IMG/VR virus record: IMGVR_UViG_3300020392_000005
DNA from: a virus
Strand: one strand, 5' to 3'
Length of the DNA stretch: 64,000 bases
In this document: positions 47,632 to 58,027 of the stretch, piece by piece
How positions within the stretch are numbered: position 1 is the first letter of the stretch
Layout: each line of letters opens with the position of its first letter
The notes under the pieces: model-generated
Databases searched by the model: none
What the model saw: only the letters and a program-made list of their open reading frames with translations
Told to the model about the DNA's origin: nothing
Program-made: the position numbers and the translations under genes

Positions 47632-50600
47632 TTATGTTGTTTCTATTACTAGGTCACCAGCCTTGTCTAAATTAATTTGCATAGTTCCGCTGATAACTTC
47701 AAATCCTTCGGCAGCATCCGTTCCGTCAAAGAAAGCACTTTCCTTCTGTATTAATTCATTAGCATTAGTGATAATTCTTCTCTTCAATGCTAAGTCATCA
47801 TCATCAATTGAAAGTGTTTGTAATGTCGGTGTACCTTGGTCATCTACATATTTTTTAGTTGCAAGGTCTTGAGCCGCTGTTGGTGAAATACTTGACGACA
47901 TTTGAGTTTGTGCAGTCAAAGTAATAATACCATTATTTTGTGTTCCTATATTCAAGTTAACATCTGTACCACTTACACCTGTTGTAGATATAGTTTGTGC
48001 AGTTGCCGTAATTGAACCTGCTGTCAATGAGTTAACTGAAAGGTCGTTTTGACCTCCACCAAGTTGACTATCAACATAAGTCTTAATAGCTCTTTCGGTT
48101 ACAAGAGCAGTATCAGAATTATCTGCTAATGTTCCGTCAGTACTAAATTCATTAATTGTAGCACCAAAGTTACCTTGAGCATTAGAACCTAACGAGATTT
48201 CTTGTAATCCAGAAAGGTCAAACGCTTCGGCGTTCAATGTTGCTTTACCAGTAGCCTGTTCAACTTTAAATAAGTTACCTACTCTAAAGTTACCATCTTG
48301 GTCAGTTGAAGAGTAGAATACTCTACCTCTATCAGTTTCTAATACTTCGTCATTAGGGTCTGGTAATTGTGATGGAGTGTTAGGATAATTAGTAGTTGAG
48401 AAACCACCAGTACCTACATCCAAGAAGTCGTGTCCAGTTAATCTGATATTTGAGTAATTACTTCTTAATGTTGCAGTCTCGCCGTGTGTAGGTGCATTTG
48501 AAGTAGTAAACACAGGATTTACTCTAACTAATCCTGCACCACTTGAATAACCTGATACTGATACAACATAGTAAGCTTGTCCAGATATACCAGCAAACTC
48601 TACAATGTCACCACCAGTTGGCGATTTACTTAATCCTGTTAATCTTACAAACGCTGTTCCAGCAGCTGAGATTTCAGCGTAACCATCTCCAGTAATAGTA
48701 GCAGTAGTTGTTTCTGTTTTATATCCAGAACCAGCAGTTGTTACCGTTGTTTGAGATATTACACCATTACCTATAGCAGAAGTTGCTGTTGCAACACTAG
48801 AAGCATTAGGGTCTGTAATTGTAACCGTTGGTGCAGAAGAATAACCAGCACCACCGTCTAATATTAAAATTTTTGAAACTTGTTGATTTTCTACAACTGC
48901 TCTTGCGAGTGCGTTTCTACTAGGAGAACCACCACCAGTTATAGCAACTCTAGGTTCAATTTCATAACCTGAAGATGTATCAAAAGATGTTGCAGGTGAT
49001 AATCCAGAGTTTACAAATACATCAAATCCAGCAGTACCATTTTCTTTTTGTACCGTTGCAGTTTTTGTAGAAGCAACATAGTCAGCGATAATACCTGTAT
49101 TACCGTAACCTTGTCCTGTGTAAATTGTAATTCTCATTCCGTTATAGAAATCATCTGGTTGACTATCAGAAGCAGCAAGTTTAATTGTACTTGAAGTTCC
49201 TGATTGTGCGAATCCAGAAGTTGTAAAGTGAGTTGAACCGTTATTGGTTACTTCAATATATTTAACGGCACCGTTTGCAAAAGAGGCAGAAGCAGCACCA
49301 GAGGCACCAGAACCTGCAATTGATATACTTGCATTAGTGTATGCTTCCCCAGCGTATTCAAATTCAAGTCTTGCGATTCCTGAACCAGATACTAATACTC
49401 TTCCTACTCTAGCTTCGTTGTTTTGTAAATCTACCGTTCCAGTATAAGGCGTTTCGTTTGCGTCAATACCGTTTGCAGTAGAACCATATTCACCATAAGA
49501 GTTGTTTGAGTTTAGTGAACGAATAACAGCACCACTATCACATAGATAACCGTGGTGTGCGTAATAAGTGAATACAGATACTAATTCTGATTTTGCATTT
49601 GCAAGTGCCCAAACACCGACACCACCGTCAGATATTTGAGTAAAGTCGTTTGCAAGAATTGAACGGTTACCAGCATTGTGCAATGAACCGTCAATCTTAA
49701 TACCAACTGAACCACTTCCAAAGTGTGAGCAGTTTTGTATAAATGGTGATTTACTTGTAATGTGAACAGAAGTGTCACCAACACCAGTTCCTGGGTCAAG
49801 TGCGAATACTACGCCTGAACGAGTTGCACCGTCAGCAGTATTTGGTCTTTGAACACCATAAGTGTCAGCACTTCCCATAGTACCTTGCATACCAGAGAAA
49901 GTGAAACCAGAGAAGGTTACACCGTTTCTAACTCTAAACATATCTGCTCTTGCGTTAGGTGTGTTTGTTAATCCAGTTGCTAATGAGTTTCCTGAAGCAG
50001 GTTTAACTACAGCACTTCTTAAACCATCACCAATAACTTGCGTGTTTGCACCAACAACTATCGGTAATGCTTCTTCGTATTCACCAGTTTTTACATATAA
50101 AGTTTTTTGTAGATTAGCGGCAACATTTGTATTCATCCAATTTAATGCGTATGCAATTGTTAACCAAGGTTTGTCTAGTGAAGTTCCTCTTCCTGTATCA
50201 GAAGCTGGGTCGTTATCAGCACCGTGTTTAGCAACGAAATAAGTATTTTGCGTTACCCCAGCGATACCCCAACTTACATCTGTACCATCTGATTGTAAAA
50301 CTGAACCAGAAGTACCGATACCTAATCTAATATTTTGTGTAGCGTTTCTTGTTAATAGGTCACCTCTTGTAGTGGTTACGAAATTGGAATCACCTTCGGC
50401 AATCAAATCCCAGTAAACACCGCCTGTATCATAGTCAGGTCTTTTTGCGTCACCTTGTACGGCAGAAGAAGTGTGAGCAAGTTTACATCTATAAGAAGAT
50501 GAACCATAACCTATTGCGTCTCCTGGAGCATATTCAGTTGCGTCTGCCCAACTATCTCTCCAGTTAAATCCTTCGTTTAGTTTATCCCAACTTGCAGTTG

Positions 50601-51354
50601 TTGTTGGAACAACTCCTGTTGCGTCTTGTTTTGCAACATATGTGTGACCACCATATCTAACAACATCTCCAGTTTTGTATGCAGTAGAACCGGCATATGT
50701 TCCTACCATTTTGAAACCAGTAGTTAATACTTCCCAGTATGTTGCGTTGTTGTAAGGTGTTTGTCCTGTTGATTGTTGAACAGCGACATAGTTATAACCT
50801 CCGTAGGTTACAACATCACCTGCTTGATAAGCAGTAGCACTATTATAACTATCTTCAAATTCTAATCCAGAAACGAATACATTAAATTTAGCAGTATCTA
50901 TTGTAGAAGCGGCAGTATGTTCTACGGTACAGATATAAACATTTGCACCATATTTTGCTAAATCGTTAACTTTGTATGCTGTTCCTGAAGAATAAGTTCC
51001 TGTCCAGTTAAATCCTGGAACGAAACTAGTCCATTTTGAAGTGTCGTCATATAAATCTGATTGTGAAGTGTGGGCAGTATTACAAACAAAAGTTGAACCT
51101 CCCCATTGTACAACATCATCTACTTTGTAGTATGTTGTTGTTTGCCAAGCGCCTTTCCATTCTTGTCCGGCACTCATCTTTTTCCATTTTGTTGTTGAAA
51201 GGTCAGCTTCAAAAGTTGCTGAACCTGTATGGTTTGCCATTGCGACAAACGAATTACCACCATATCTTACGACATCATCTTTGATATAAGCGGTACCTGT
51301 AACCCAATCCCCTTTAAAGTGAAATTTAAGTCTACCTAAAATAAAATCTGCCAT
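47632..51354 (-). CDS. tail-fibre protein with N-terminal tandem CBM5/12-like repeats
   Basis: About six W.G.W...T.Y...DVV.YGG..Y repeats; beta-helix-like middle; GAGYSSAPTVTI-type repeats. Confidence 0.75.
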   Translation of the reverse strand: MADFILGRLKFHFKGDWVTGTAYIKDDVVRYGGNSFVAMANHTGSATFEADLSTTKWKKMSAGQEWKGAWQTTTYYKVDDVVQWGGSTFVCNTAHTSQSDLYDDTSKWTSFVPGFNWTGTYSSGTAYKVNDLAKYGANVYICTVEHTAASTIDTAKFNVFVSGLEFEDSYNSATAYQAGDVVTYGGYNYVAVQQSTGQTPYNNATYWEVLTTGFKMVGTYAGSTAYKTGDVVRYGGHTYVAKQDATGVVPTTTASWDKLNEGFNWRDSWADATEYAPGDAIGYGSSSYRCKLAHTSSAVQGDAKRPDYDTGGVYWDLIAEGDSNFVTTTRGDLLTRNATQNIRLGIGTSGSVLQSDGTDVSWGIAGVTQNTYFVAKHGADNDPASDTGRGTSLDKPWLTIAYALNWMNTNVAANLQKTLYVKTGEYEEALPIVVGANTQVIGDGLRSAVVKPASGNSLATGLTNTPNARADMFRVRNGVTFSGFTFSGMQGTMGSADTYGVQRPNTADGATRSGVVFALDPGTGVGDTSVHITSKSPFIQNCSHFGSGSVGIKIDGSLHNAGNRSILANDFTQISDGGVGVWALANAKSELVSVFTYYAHHGYLCDSGAVIRSLNSNNSYGEYGSTANGIDANETPYTGTVDLQNNEARVGRVLVSGSGIARLEFEYAGEAYTNASISIAGSGASGAASASFANGAVKYIEVTNNGSTHFTTSGFAQSGTSSTIKLAASDSQPDDFYNGMRITIYTGQGYGNTGIIADYVASTKTATVQKENGTAGFDVFVNSGLSPATSFDTSSGYEIEPRVAITGGGSPSRNALARAVVENQQVSKILILDGGAGYSSAPTVTITDPNASSVATATSAIGNGVISQTTVTTAGSGYKTETTTATITGDGYAEISAAGTAFVRLTGLSKSPTGGDIVEFAGISGQAYYVVSVSGYSSGAGLVRVNPVFTTSNAPTHGETATLRSNYSNIRLTGHDFLDVGTGGFSTTNYPNTPSQLPDPNDEVLETDRGRVFYSSTDQDGNFRVGNLFKVEQATGKATLNAEAFDLSGLQEISLGSNAQGNFGATINEFSTDGTLADNSDTALVTERAIKTYVDSQLGGGQNDLSVNSLTAGSITATAQTISTTGVSGTDVNLNIGTQNNGIITLTAQTQMSSSISPTAAQDLATKKYVDDQGTPTLQTLSIDDDDLALKRRIITNANELIQKESAFFDGTDAAEGFEVISGTMQINLDKAGDLVIETT

Positions 51355-51376
51355 TTTTATTCTCTCTCTTGTTTAA

Positions 51377-51874
51377 TTACAAATATCTACTGACATTTGA
51401 TTGTGTGTAATAATTTCCACCAGTAGGAATCCAGTTGGTTCCAGTAGTGCTTGTTGCCGTCTCACTAGCCGCATAAGTATAATCGTGTTGATATCTAGCG
51501 ACTAACATTCCTTCATCATTAATAAAGTAAAAAAGTTTCAACGGGTCAAATCTAACTTGTTGATACTTTCTAAATTTTGCATTTGTTTGAAAGTGTGCAT
51601 CCGTTGTTTCGTCAAAATCACTTTGTAGTGTATTCTGAACGGTAGTACCATCACTTGCTTTTCCTATTGCAAGTCCTTCAAATCCATTGTACCCAAAACC
51701 TTCTCCATTGTTAACTTCAATAGTATCTGTACTATCAAGTTTAGTCTTCGTGTAAATTAGAAGACCATTTACATCACGGTTAAGGGCGTGCATAGCGTAT
51801 TCATTTGAAATCTGAAATCCAGCAGCGTCTACTCCGACGGCGGTTGAAGCTCCTGTTGCTAATGCTAATGCCAT
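51377..51874 (-). CDS. putative virion protein
   Basis: Fibre module; tandem TATAAATA at 51897-51904 and 51906-51913. Confidence 0.55.
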   Translation of the reverse strand: MALALATGASTAVGVDAAGFQISNEYAMHALNRDVNGLLIYTKTKLDSTDTIEVNNGEGFGYNGFEGLAIGKASDGTTVQNTLQSDFDETTDAHFQTNAKFRKYQQVRFDPLKLFYFINDEGMLVARYQHDYTYAASETATSTTGTNWIPTGGNYYTQSNVSRYL

Positions 51875-51918
51875 TTAATTCTTCCTCTTTTTCTTATATT
51901 TATACTATTTATAATCTA

Positions 51919-52248
51919 TTAAGTATTCTCTAGTACTGAAATAAAAGTATCAGTTCCTGTGATATTACTTACTACTCTTATTATATCATTGGCCTCTAAA
52001 TTTACAGGTTTATCTAAAATAAATGTGTTATTTTGAGGTATGATACAATTCTTTATTATATGTCTAAAAGTTGTACCACCATCTATGGTCACTTTTACAT
52101 CTACATTTGCTTGTGTACTTTGTGAAGTATTAGAGATATAAACAGCGTGTAGCACAGCAGTTCCGTTAGAAGGCGCTGTATATACATTTGCTGTTGCGTC
52201 ATCAGCCGTAGGGTTCGCTTGTCCTGCATTTTTAAAAGCACTTGCCAT
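51919..52248 (-). CDS. putative virion structural protein
   Basis: MASAFKNAG...VYTAP...LEANDIIRV...SVLE; beta-sandwich-like. Confidence 0.6.
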   Translation of the reverse strand: MASAFKNAGQANPTADDATANVYTAPSNGTAVLHAVYISNTSQSTQANVDVKVTIDGGTTFRHIIKNCIIPQNNTFILDKPVNLEANDIIRVVSNITGTDTFISVLENT

Positions 52249-52251
52249 TTA

Positions 52252-52632
52252 TTATCCTCCAAAGACAACAGCAAAGGCAAGAATATCTCCTGTCAATGCA
52301 AGTGTCCCACTTGAATTAGGTAGTTTAACCGTTCTATCAGCAGTCGGGTCTTCTACCGTTAATGTTGTTTCGTATGCGTCAGGTGTAATACCTTCAAAAG
52401 TGATATTAGCATTATTCAATACTATATCTGTCGTTGAAGTGTTACCTGCTTGTAATACTGATTGAATATTAACAGCAGACGCACCACCAATTTCTTTAAC
52501 CGTATTCGCATTTGCCTTGGTATAAAACTTACCATCAGCAATGTTCATTGCGATTTCACCGATTTCTAAATCACTTAATTGTGGTACAGAACCGGTTGTA
52601 AAACTTCGTTTTGGTTTTATGACCGTGGACAT
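52252..52632 (-). CDS. tail-fibre-associated protein
   Basis: IKPKRS...GEIAMNIADGK fibre-type N-terminus; DPTADRTVKLP. Confidence 0.6.
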   Translation of the reverse strand: MSTVIKPKRSFTTGSVPQLSDLEIGEIAMNIADGKFYTKANANTVKEIGGASAVNIQSVLQAGNTSTTDIVLNNANITFEGITPDAYETTLTVEDPTADRTVKLPNSSGTLALTGDILAFAVVFGG

Positions 52633-54374
52633 TAGAACGACCCACCATCAATTGTAGTTACCGCAACGGCACCAGAAGTAACCGTGAAGTTTGCAGTATC
52701 AAAAGACGCAACTCCTTTATTTGTTGTTGAAGCATCCTCACCAGCAATAGTGATTGTTGAACCACTAGCAGAAGTATCAATTCCTTCGCCACCTGCAACG
52801 GTCAAAGAACCTTCAAGTGCGAAACTTGGTGTTCCTGTATCGTTGTCTGAAGCTAATGTAATATTCGGATTGTTAAGTTTTGCAGCTGTAATACTTCCTG
52901 CTAACATAGCATTTGTAATACCACCTGCTTTAACTTGTAATGCGTCTGATACAACAGCGATTGAAGAGTTATCTACATTTACATCTAAAGTATTTCCTGC
53001 TTTGACAAGAGCTGCACCTGCAACTACTTGACCAGCACCAGAGAATTGTGATACAGGTAATTCTGTATTATTAGATAATGTATTGTCTGTTAATGTTGGT
53101 GTTCCGTTATGTGTAAATACATAACCGTTATCACTATTAGCAGTTCCTTCTTCAACGAAAGTAAATGTACCGCCAGTAATTTCACTACCTGCGTCAGCGT
53201 CAGAAGCTCTAGTTAATCTCCAGTTTGAAGAGTTAGAACCTATATCTGATACAACATATAATCCGTTTTGTCTTGCTTCAGTTTGGTCTTTTACTAACAC
53301 TCTATCGTTTACTGATAAGGTTACGCCGTCTATAACAAGAGCAGCTTGTGTACCTGCGTTGTCTAATCTTCCGTTAGATTGGTCATAAGTAACCGTTAAA
53401 GCAGAAGCTGTGGCAACTCTACAACTATCTTTAACATCTAATCCTGAAGAAGCACTATCAACATATTCTTTTGTTGCTAAACTATCAGCAGCAAAACCAC
53501 TTCTGTCTTTATATCCACTAGGTACGGTAACCGTTCCTGTTCCGTGTGGTGTTAGTGTAATGTTCTTATTACTTGATGTTGTTGAAATATCTTGTCCGTT
53601 TAAAGTCAAGTCATCAACTACAGCACTTGTTAATCCTGATAGGTCAGTAATAGAGTTTCCTAAAGAAACTGCTGTACCACCTATTGTAATACTATCGTTT
53701 GCTAACTTAGCGCTGGTTACACTAGAGTTTGCAAGTTGAGTTGTTCCGATACCACCATCTTGTACTTTAATTGTAATTGTATTTGCAGTAGCAGTTGTAT
53801 CAATTGTACCATCACCTGTTAACAATAAAGTGTTTGCAGTTGAATAGTCAATTGTAGAACCAGCACTATCTTCTAAAGTAAGTGTAGTATCAACAGCGTC
53901 AAATCCTAAAGTCGCTTCTCCAGCATTTGCAGATATAACTTTAAGGAATTGTCCTTGAGAACCTGCACCATCAGGCAATACTATTGTTGATGAGTTTGCT
54001 AATGAAGTAGGCGCTTTTAATACAATGTTATTTGAACCATTGTTTAACGCCTCGTTGAAAGTAATTTGACCTGCGTTAGTGTTTGAGTTACCAAACACCA
54101 TTGTGTCAATTCTGTTATTTGAATCCGTTGTGATTAATTTTTCTGAAGTAACCGTACCGTTTGAAGTAGGAAATAATTCTGTGAAATACTTACCACCTAC
54201 AACATCAATACTATTTGCGTTACCAGAACCGTCTGTACCACCAGTACCAATATAAAGTCTATCACCACCGTTGGCAGCTGTACCAGTACCATACGCATAC
54301 GCCATTTCACCAAGTTTTAATGTTGAAGGTGCTGTAGCGTTAGCACTTCGTTTAATTCGTATTATAGTTGCCAT
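52632..54374 (-). CDS. tail fibre protein
   Basis: IRIKRS...GEMAY; ATKEYVD; DRVLVKDQT...NGLYVV; ends DGGSF. Confidence 0.75.
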   Translation of the reverse strand: MATIIRIKRSANATAPSTLKLGEMAYAYGTGTAANGGDRLYIGTGGTDGSGNANSIDVVGGKYFTELFPTSNGTVTSEKLITTDSNNRIDTMVFGNSNTNAGQITFNEALNNGSNNIVLKAPTSLANSSTIVLPDGAGSQGQFLKVISANAGEATLGFDAVDTTLTLEDSAGSTIDYSTANTLLLTGDGTIDTTATANTITIKVQDGGIGTTQLANSSVTSAKLANDSITIGGTAVSLGNSITDLSGLTSAVVDDLTLNGQDISTTSSNKNITLTPHGTGTVTVPSGYKDRSGFAADSLATKEYVDSASSGLDVKDSCRVATASALTVTYDQSNGRLDNAGTQAALVIDGVTLSVNDRVLVKDQTEARQNGLYVVSDIGSNSSNWRLTRASDADAGSEITGGTFTFVEEGTANSDNGYVFTHNGTPTLTDNTLSNNTELPVSQFSGAGQVVAGAALVKAGNTLDVNVDNSSIAVVSDALQVKAGGITNAMLAGSITAAKLNNPNITLASDNDTGTPSFALEGSLTVAGGEGIDTSASGSTITIAGEDASTTNKGVASFDTANFTVTSGAVAVTTIDGGSF

Positions 54375-54384
54375 TTTTTATTCC

Positions 54385-54642
54385 TTAAAAGTTTCCGCCG
54401 TTTAATGTGATTGAACCAGTAGTTGTTGTTATTTCGTCTCTAACAACAAACTTATCACTTGAACTAGAGTATTGTATCATTGAACCATCTTTTAATGAAC
54501 TAGCGTCAACATCTTGTAATAGTCTCAACTTTAATGTTGAGTTAGTAACCGCTGTCTGACTTTGAGCACCAGCAGGCATTGTGACCGACACTTGTTGCGG
54601 TCTTGTAATCGTACTATCTATTCTTGCTTTTATCTGAGCCAC
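54385..54642 (-). CDS. small fibre-associated protein
   Basis: LQDVD...; ends LNGGNF; TATAAATA at 54668-54675. Confidence 0.55.
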   Translation of the reverse strand: MAQIKARIDSTITRPQQVSVTMPAGAQSQTAVTNSTLKLRLLQDVDASSLKDGSMIQYSSSSDKFVVRDEITTTTGSITLNGGNF

Positions 54643-54708
54643 TTTACAATCTCCCTCTAATTGTTAATATTTATAACCAAAGGGTACTCAAACTTAATAG
54701 TATTTAGT

Positions 54709-55050
54709 TTATGTGGTTACATTAGGGCGAACGGTTATTATTCCTTCTATAACTCGGGTAACCGTATTTGAGGTGCTGTTCGTAACCTCTACATCATAGA
54801 CATATCTACTAGGTGCGTCTAGGGCAGAAGTTTGAGCAGCCGTTAAAGATAGTGTGATAATCCCTGTTGTAGGGTTCGCTACTGCTGTTGTCATAGTGAT
54901 ACGAGTTTTAGTACTCTCATATCCTTTTGCCATCTTAGCCTCAACCGTATGACCTGTGAGGTCAAAGGCTGCGCCATCATTACCTGCAAGGGTGACATTT
55001 GAACTAAATGTGGTGCCTTGGTCTATCCTTAAATTTGCTATTGCCGCCAT
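54709..55050 (-). CDS. BppU-like baseplate/fibre adaptor
   Basis: NLRIDQGTTF...ITLSLTAAQT...RYVYDVEV...RVIEGIITVRP. Confidence 0.65.
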   Translation of the reverse strand: MAAIANLRIDQGTTFSSNVTLAGNDGAAFDLTGHTVEAKMAKGYESTKTRITMTTAVANPTTGIITLSLTAAQTSALDAPSRYVYDVEVTNSTSNTVTRVIEGIITVRPNVTT

Positions 55051-55056
55051 TGTTTA

Positions 55057-55284
55057 CTATTCTTTTGGTGTATCTTTGGTATCTTCTTTAGGAGCGTTTG
55101 GGTCTATTCCCAAGAACTCACAGATTTTCGCATTGTAATATCTGATAAGCACTTGAACTTTTTCCATTTCAATCTCCAATCTCGCCTGATTTTGAACAAG
55201 TTCCTGTCTTGCGATAACATAGTTTTTAGTCTTGTCATCAAACTTATTCTCATCATACTCTTTACCATTAATCTTAATTGCCAT
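55057..55284 (-). CDS. small coiled-coil protein
   Basis: IKINGKEYD followed by a coiled coil; TATAAATA at 55306-55313. Confidence 0.6.
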   Translation of the reverse strand: MAIKINGKEYDENKFDDKTKNYVIARQELVQNQARLEIEMEKVQVLIRYYNAKICEFLGIDPNAPKEDTKDTPKE

Positions 55285-55723
55285 AATTTTCTCCTGTTAT
55301 AGTATTATTTATATTAATTCCAGTATCGTACTTTATTTCTTTTTCATAATATCCACGAATATCTGGTATCATACCACTATTCTCATCTTTAGGGTATGCT
55401 GATATTATCTTGTTATATATGTGTGGTGTTTTATCATACACCTCAAAGTAATCGTCATTGCCATATAATAACATTGGGTCATTTAACAACTCATAAAAGT
55501 TGTCACCATAATCTCTCTCAATCCACTTCGCATAGCATATCGCTACACAATAACTCTTTGCTGGGTATACGAACCTGTCAACTTTTTCGTTCCAATGTCG
55601 TATTGCCCAATCTACAATATCGTCTTCTTTCCATATCAAAGATATCTCTTTGTCTGCTAGAGTATCTTTATGAGTAGTGTTTAGTCTATGGTAGACTTCT
55701 TGTTTGAGTTTCCATTCCTTCAT
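55274..55723 (-). CDS. hypothetical protein, last gene of the radical SAM operon
   Basis: YPAKSYCVAICYAKW; overlaps the upstream gene. Confidence 0.65.
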   Translation of the reverse strand: MKEWKLKQEVYHRLNTTHKDTLADKEISLIWKEDDIVDWAIRHWNEKVDRFVYPAKSYCVAICYAKWIERDYGDNFYELLNDPMLLYGNDDYFEVYDKTPHIYNKIISAYPKDENSGMIPDIRGYYEKEIKYDTGININNTITGENYGN

Positions 55724-56480
55724 AACTTATATACTCCACATTTTTGCAATCGTCCCAAGCGTTGATTTTTAAATTTAAATAATTCTCTCTATTGACTTTG
55801 TAAAACTTAATCCAGTTATACCACTTAAATAGTCTTCGCCACTCATATATCCACTTATTGATATTATAGTCTGAAATATGAGTATCACTTTTATAGAATT
55901 TTTGACCTCTATAAATGTTGTTAAATTGTTTGTCAATACTAAAGAAGTCGTGTCCTATGAGATAGACTTCTTTTAATTCTGATACTTCTTTACACGCAAC
56001 ATAACCACTTGTCGTTCCTGTACCCCACTCAACTTGTTCGTGTTCTCTATAAATGTCTGTCAAGTTTTTTACTTTGTCTTCTGTACACCAACTTAATGAT
56101 ACTTCTGTTTGATTAGTTTCTTTGTCTTTATATCCGTGTACAACAAATTCTTTAGAACCTTGTCTTTGATTTTCTATTAATAGTCCGTCTCGTCTTATAG
56201 TTTTTATATCTCTATGTTCAGGAAACATACCTTGTATCATCATATCAAAATTCTGTACAGGTATCGTAACCCAATCTCTAAAATAACAATTTGCAGTATA
56301 ACAATAACCACTTCTGTATATTTCGTGCATAATAGGATGGTCAGTTGCAACTAATATGTCAGGTGCAAAATCTTTATAGAGATTATTACAACCTATTATA
56401 ACGCCTCTACCTTTGAGAGACTTTAGATTGAAACCTCTTCTACTTCTACCATTACCTATACAAAATGCTCTATTAGACAT
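55686..56480 (-). CDS. hypothetical protein with DUF115/MptE/sialyltransferase-like Rossmannoid start
   Basis: AFCIGNGRSR, IIGCNNLY, GTGTTSG, VYLIGHD. Confidence 0.5.
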   Translation of the reverse strand: MSNRAFCIGNGRSRRGFNLKSLKGRGVIIGCNNLYKDFAPDILVATDHPIMHEIYRSGYCYTANCYFRDWVTIPVQNFDMMIQGMFPEHRDIKTIRRDGLLIENQRQGSKEFVVHGYKDKETNQTEVSLSWCTEDKVKNLTDIYREHEQVEWGTGTTSGYVACKEVSELKEVYLIGHDFFSIDKQFNNIYRGQKFYKSDTHISDYNINKWIYEWRRLFKWYNWIKFYKVNRENYLNLKINAWDDCKNVEYISYEGMETQTRSLP

Positions 56481-57474
56481 TAATCAATCTCTCTTTACCA
56501 TATCTAAACTTGTAAGTATCTAATAGATACTTGTAACCATTACAACCATTTTCTAAATTTTCAACAAATCTATAATGTTCAGTTAAACAGAAACCTTTGT
56601 ATTCACACTTATTACATATAGGCGATTTATCTATCTTTTGTTTTTCTTCTTCTGTCCACTTTATATAATCTTCAAAGTTATCTACTTTTCTAAAATACTC
56701 TTTATCATCTTTGTCAAAGTCTAATACTGCTAACTCTCCTGAAGGTGTAATATATAAGTGGTCATCTGAATATGCGTTATAAGATTTATCTAAACTATCT
56801 AATATATTTAATTCATTAACAAAAGTAAAATCTTCTATTCTTTCGTCTGTATCATACTTTGTCATAAAGGCAGGATATTGAGCACATAACTCTAAAATAT
56901 AATCTTCAAATTGTGCGTCTGTTACCGTATAATTGTTTGCCTGATTTTTACTATAAGGTTTTACTTCAACACTTTTAAATCTTTTATTTCTATGTTTTAG
57001 TTTTCTGAAATTTTCCCAGAAGTGAGCACTACCTACTTCTTTTAATACTTGTTCATTTGCTAATACAAGAACAGAAAAATCAACAGGCAACTTTGTCATA
57101 TTCTCAAATACTTTCATATGGTCTTGTCTTGCAGTAAAATCATAACTAACACTTAAATAATAATCAGGATTAAAAAATATAGGATTCATTGTAGACAAGT
57201 TAGTATTAATATTAATCTTATCTTTGTAATAAAATCTAATAGTATTAGTAATCGCTTCTAATTTATCTTTCTTAATTATACCTATCTCGCCACCATATAA
57301 GTCAATATGGTTTATATCTCTATAAGTTTGTATATGTGCAAGTATATCATTTAACTTGAAATGGTCTATTGTCTTCGTATCACCTAATTGTTTAGGTGTA
57401 AGATAACACCAAGGACATCTAAAATTACAATGATAACTAGGATTGATAGATAAATTAATCTTCGGCAATGTCAT
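56473..57474 (-). CDS. radical SAM enzyme with partial SPASM-like domain
   Basis: CNFRCPWC, YGGE; C-terminal CNKCEYKGFC...GC. Confidence 0.88.
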   Translation of the reverse strand: MTLPKINLSINPSYHCNFRCPWCYLTPKQLGDTKTIDHFKLNDILAHIQTYRDINHIDLYGGEIGIIKKDKLEAITNTIRFYYKDKININTNLSTMNPIFFNPDYYLSVSYDFTARQDHMKVFENMTKLPVDFSVLVLANEQVLKEVGSAHFWENFRKLKHRNKRFKSVEVKPYSKNQANNYTVTDAQFEDYILELCAQYPAFMTKYDTDERIEDFTFVNELNILDSLDKSYNAYSDDHLYITPSGELAVLDFDKDDKEYFRKVDNFEDYIKWTEEEKQKIDKSPICNKCEYKGFCLTEHYRFVENLENGCNGYKYLLDTYKFRYGKERLINV

Positions 57475-58027
57475 ATTCAAGTTCCTCAATTATATTTAAA
57501 ATCTTTCTTTTACTATATCTGAATAAAATTAATCTTTTAATATGTGACCATATATTATTATCTTTAAATAAACCGAAATATAAAAAACTATACGCAGTAT
57601 GATTTCTCATAAACAATCTATTCAATTCATTATATTCTGCTTCTCTCTCCATAGGTTGTTCAACTCTAACACCTATTTGACCATTAACATTTGCCACTTG
57701 TTCTTTTACTTTAAAAAATATACCAGGTACATCTTTTAGTTTTTGTATTACATCAAAAATTCTTTCTATTCTATTCTTGCCTGGTACAGCAATCATAACA
57801 TACCAGTTTAGATAGTGTTTGTTTCCGTAATGACCTTCACAACTTGATAGAGGTAGATAACCTTTTCTAACAAGTGCTTTACAATGTTGTAATACACCAG
57901 GTTCTACTTCGTTATCATACTCTTTGTCAAACGGACTTACTGATAAGGCATAGTAACCATTTGAGTAATCTAAATCTTGTTTTTCTGAGGCGTGTATTCT
58001 GCCATTAGGAAATAATTTATTCTTCAT
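57455..58027 (-). CDS. hypothetical protein with TYW3-like SSCEGH motif
   Basis: EPGVLQHCKALVRKGYLPLSSCEGH. Confidence 0.5.
   Translation of the reverse strand: MKNKLFPNGRIHASEKQDLDYSNGYYALSVSPFDKEYDNEVEPGVLQHCKALVRKGYLPLSSCEGHYGNKHYLNWYVMIAVPGKNRIERIFDVIQKLKDVPGIFFKVKEQVANVNGQIGVRVEQPMEREAEYNELNRLFMRNHTAYSFLYFGLFKDNNIWSHIKRLILFRYSKRKILNIIEELEYDIAED

Noticed and set aside
50380-51330. Periodic repeats in the 1240-aa fibre gene
   Set aside because: Degenerate protein-domain repeats, not a DNA repeat array; no reverse transcriptase or template-repeat/variable-repeat pair seen for a DGR
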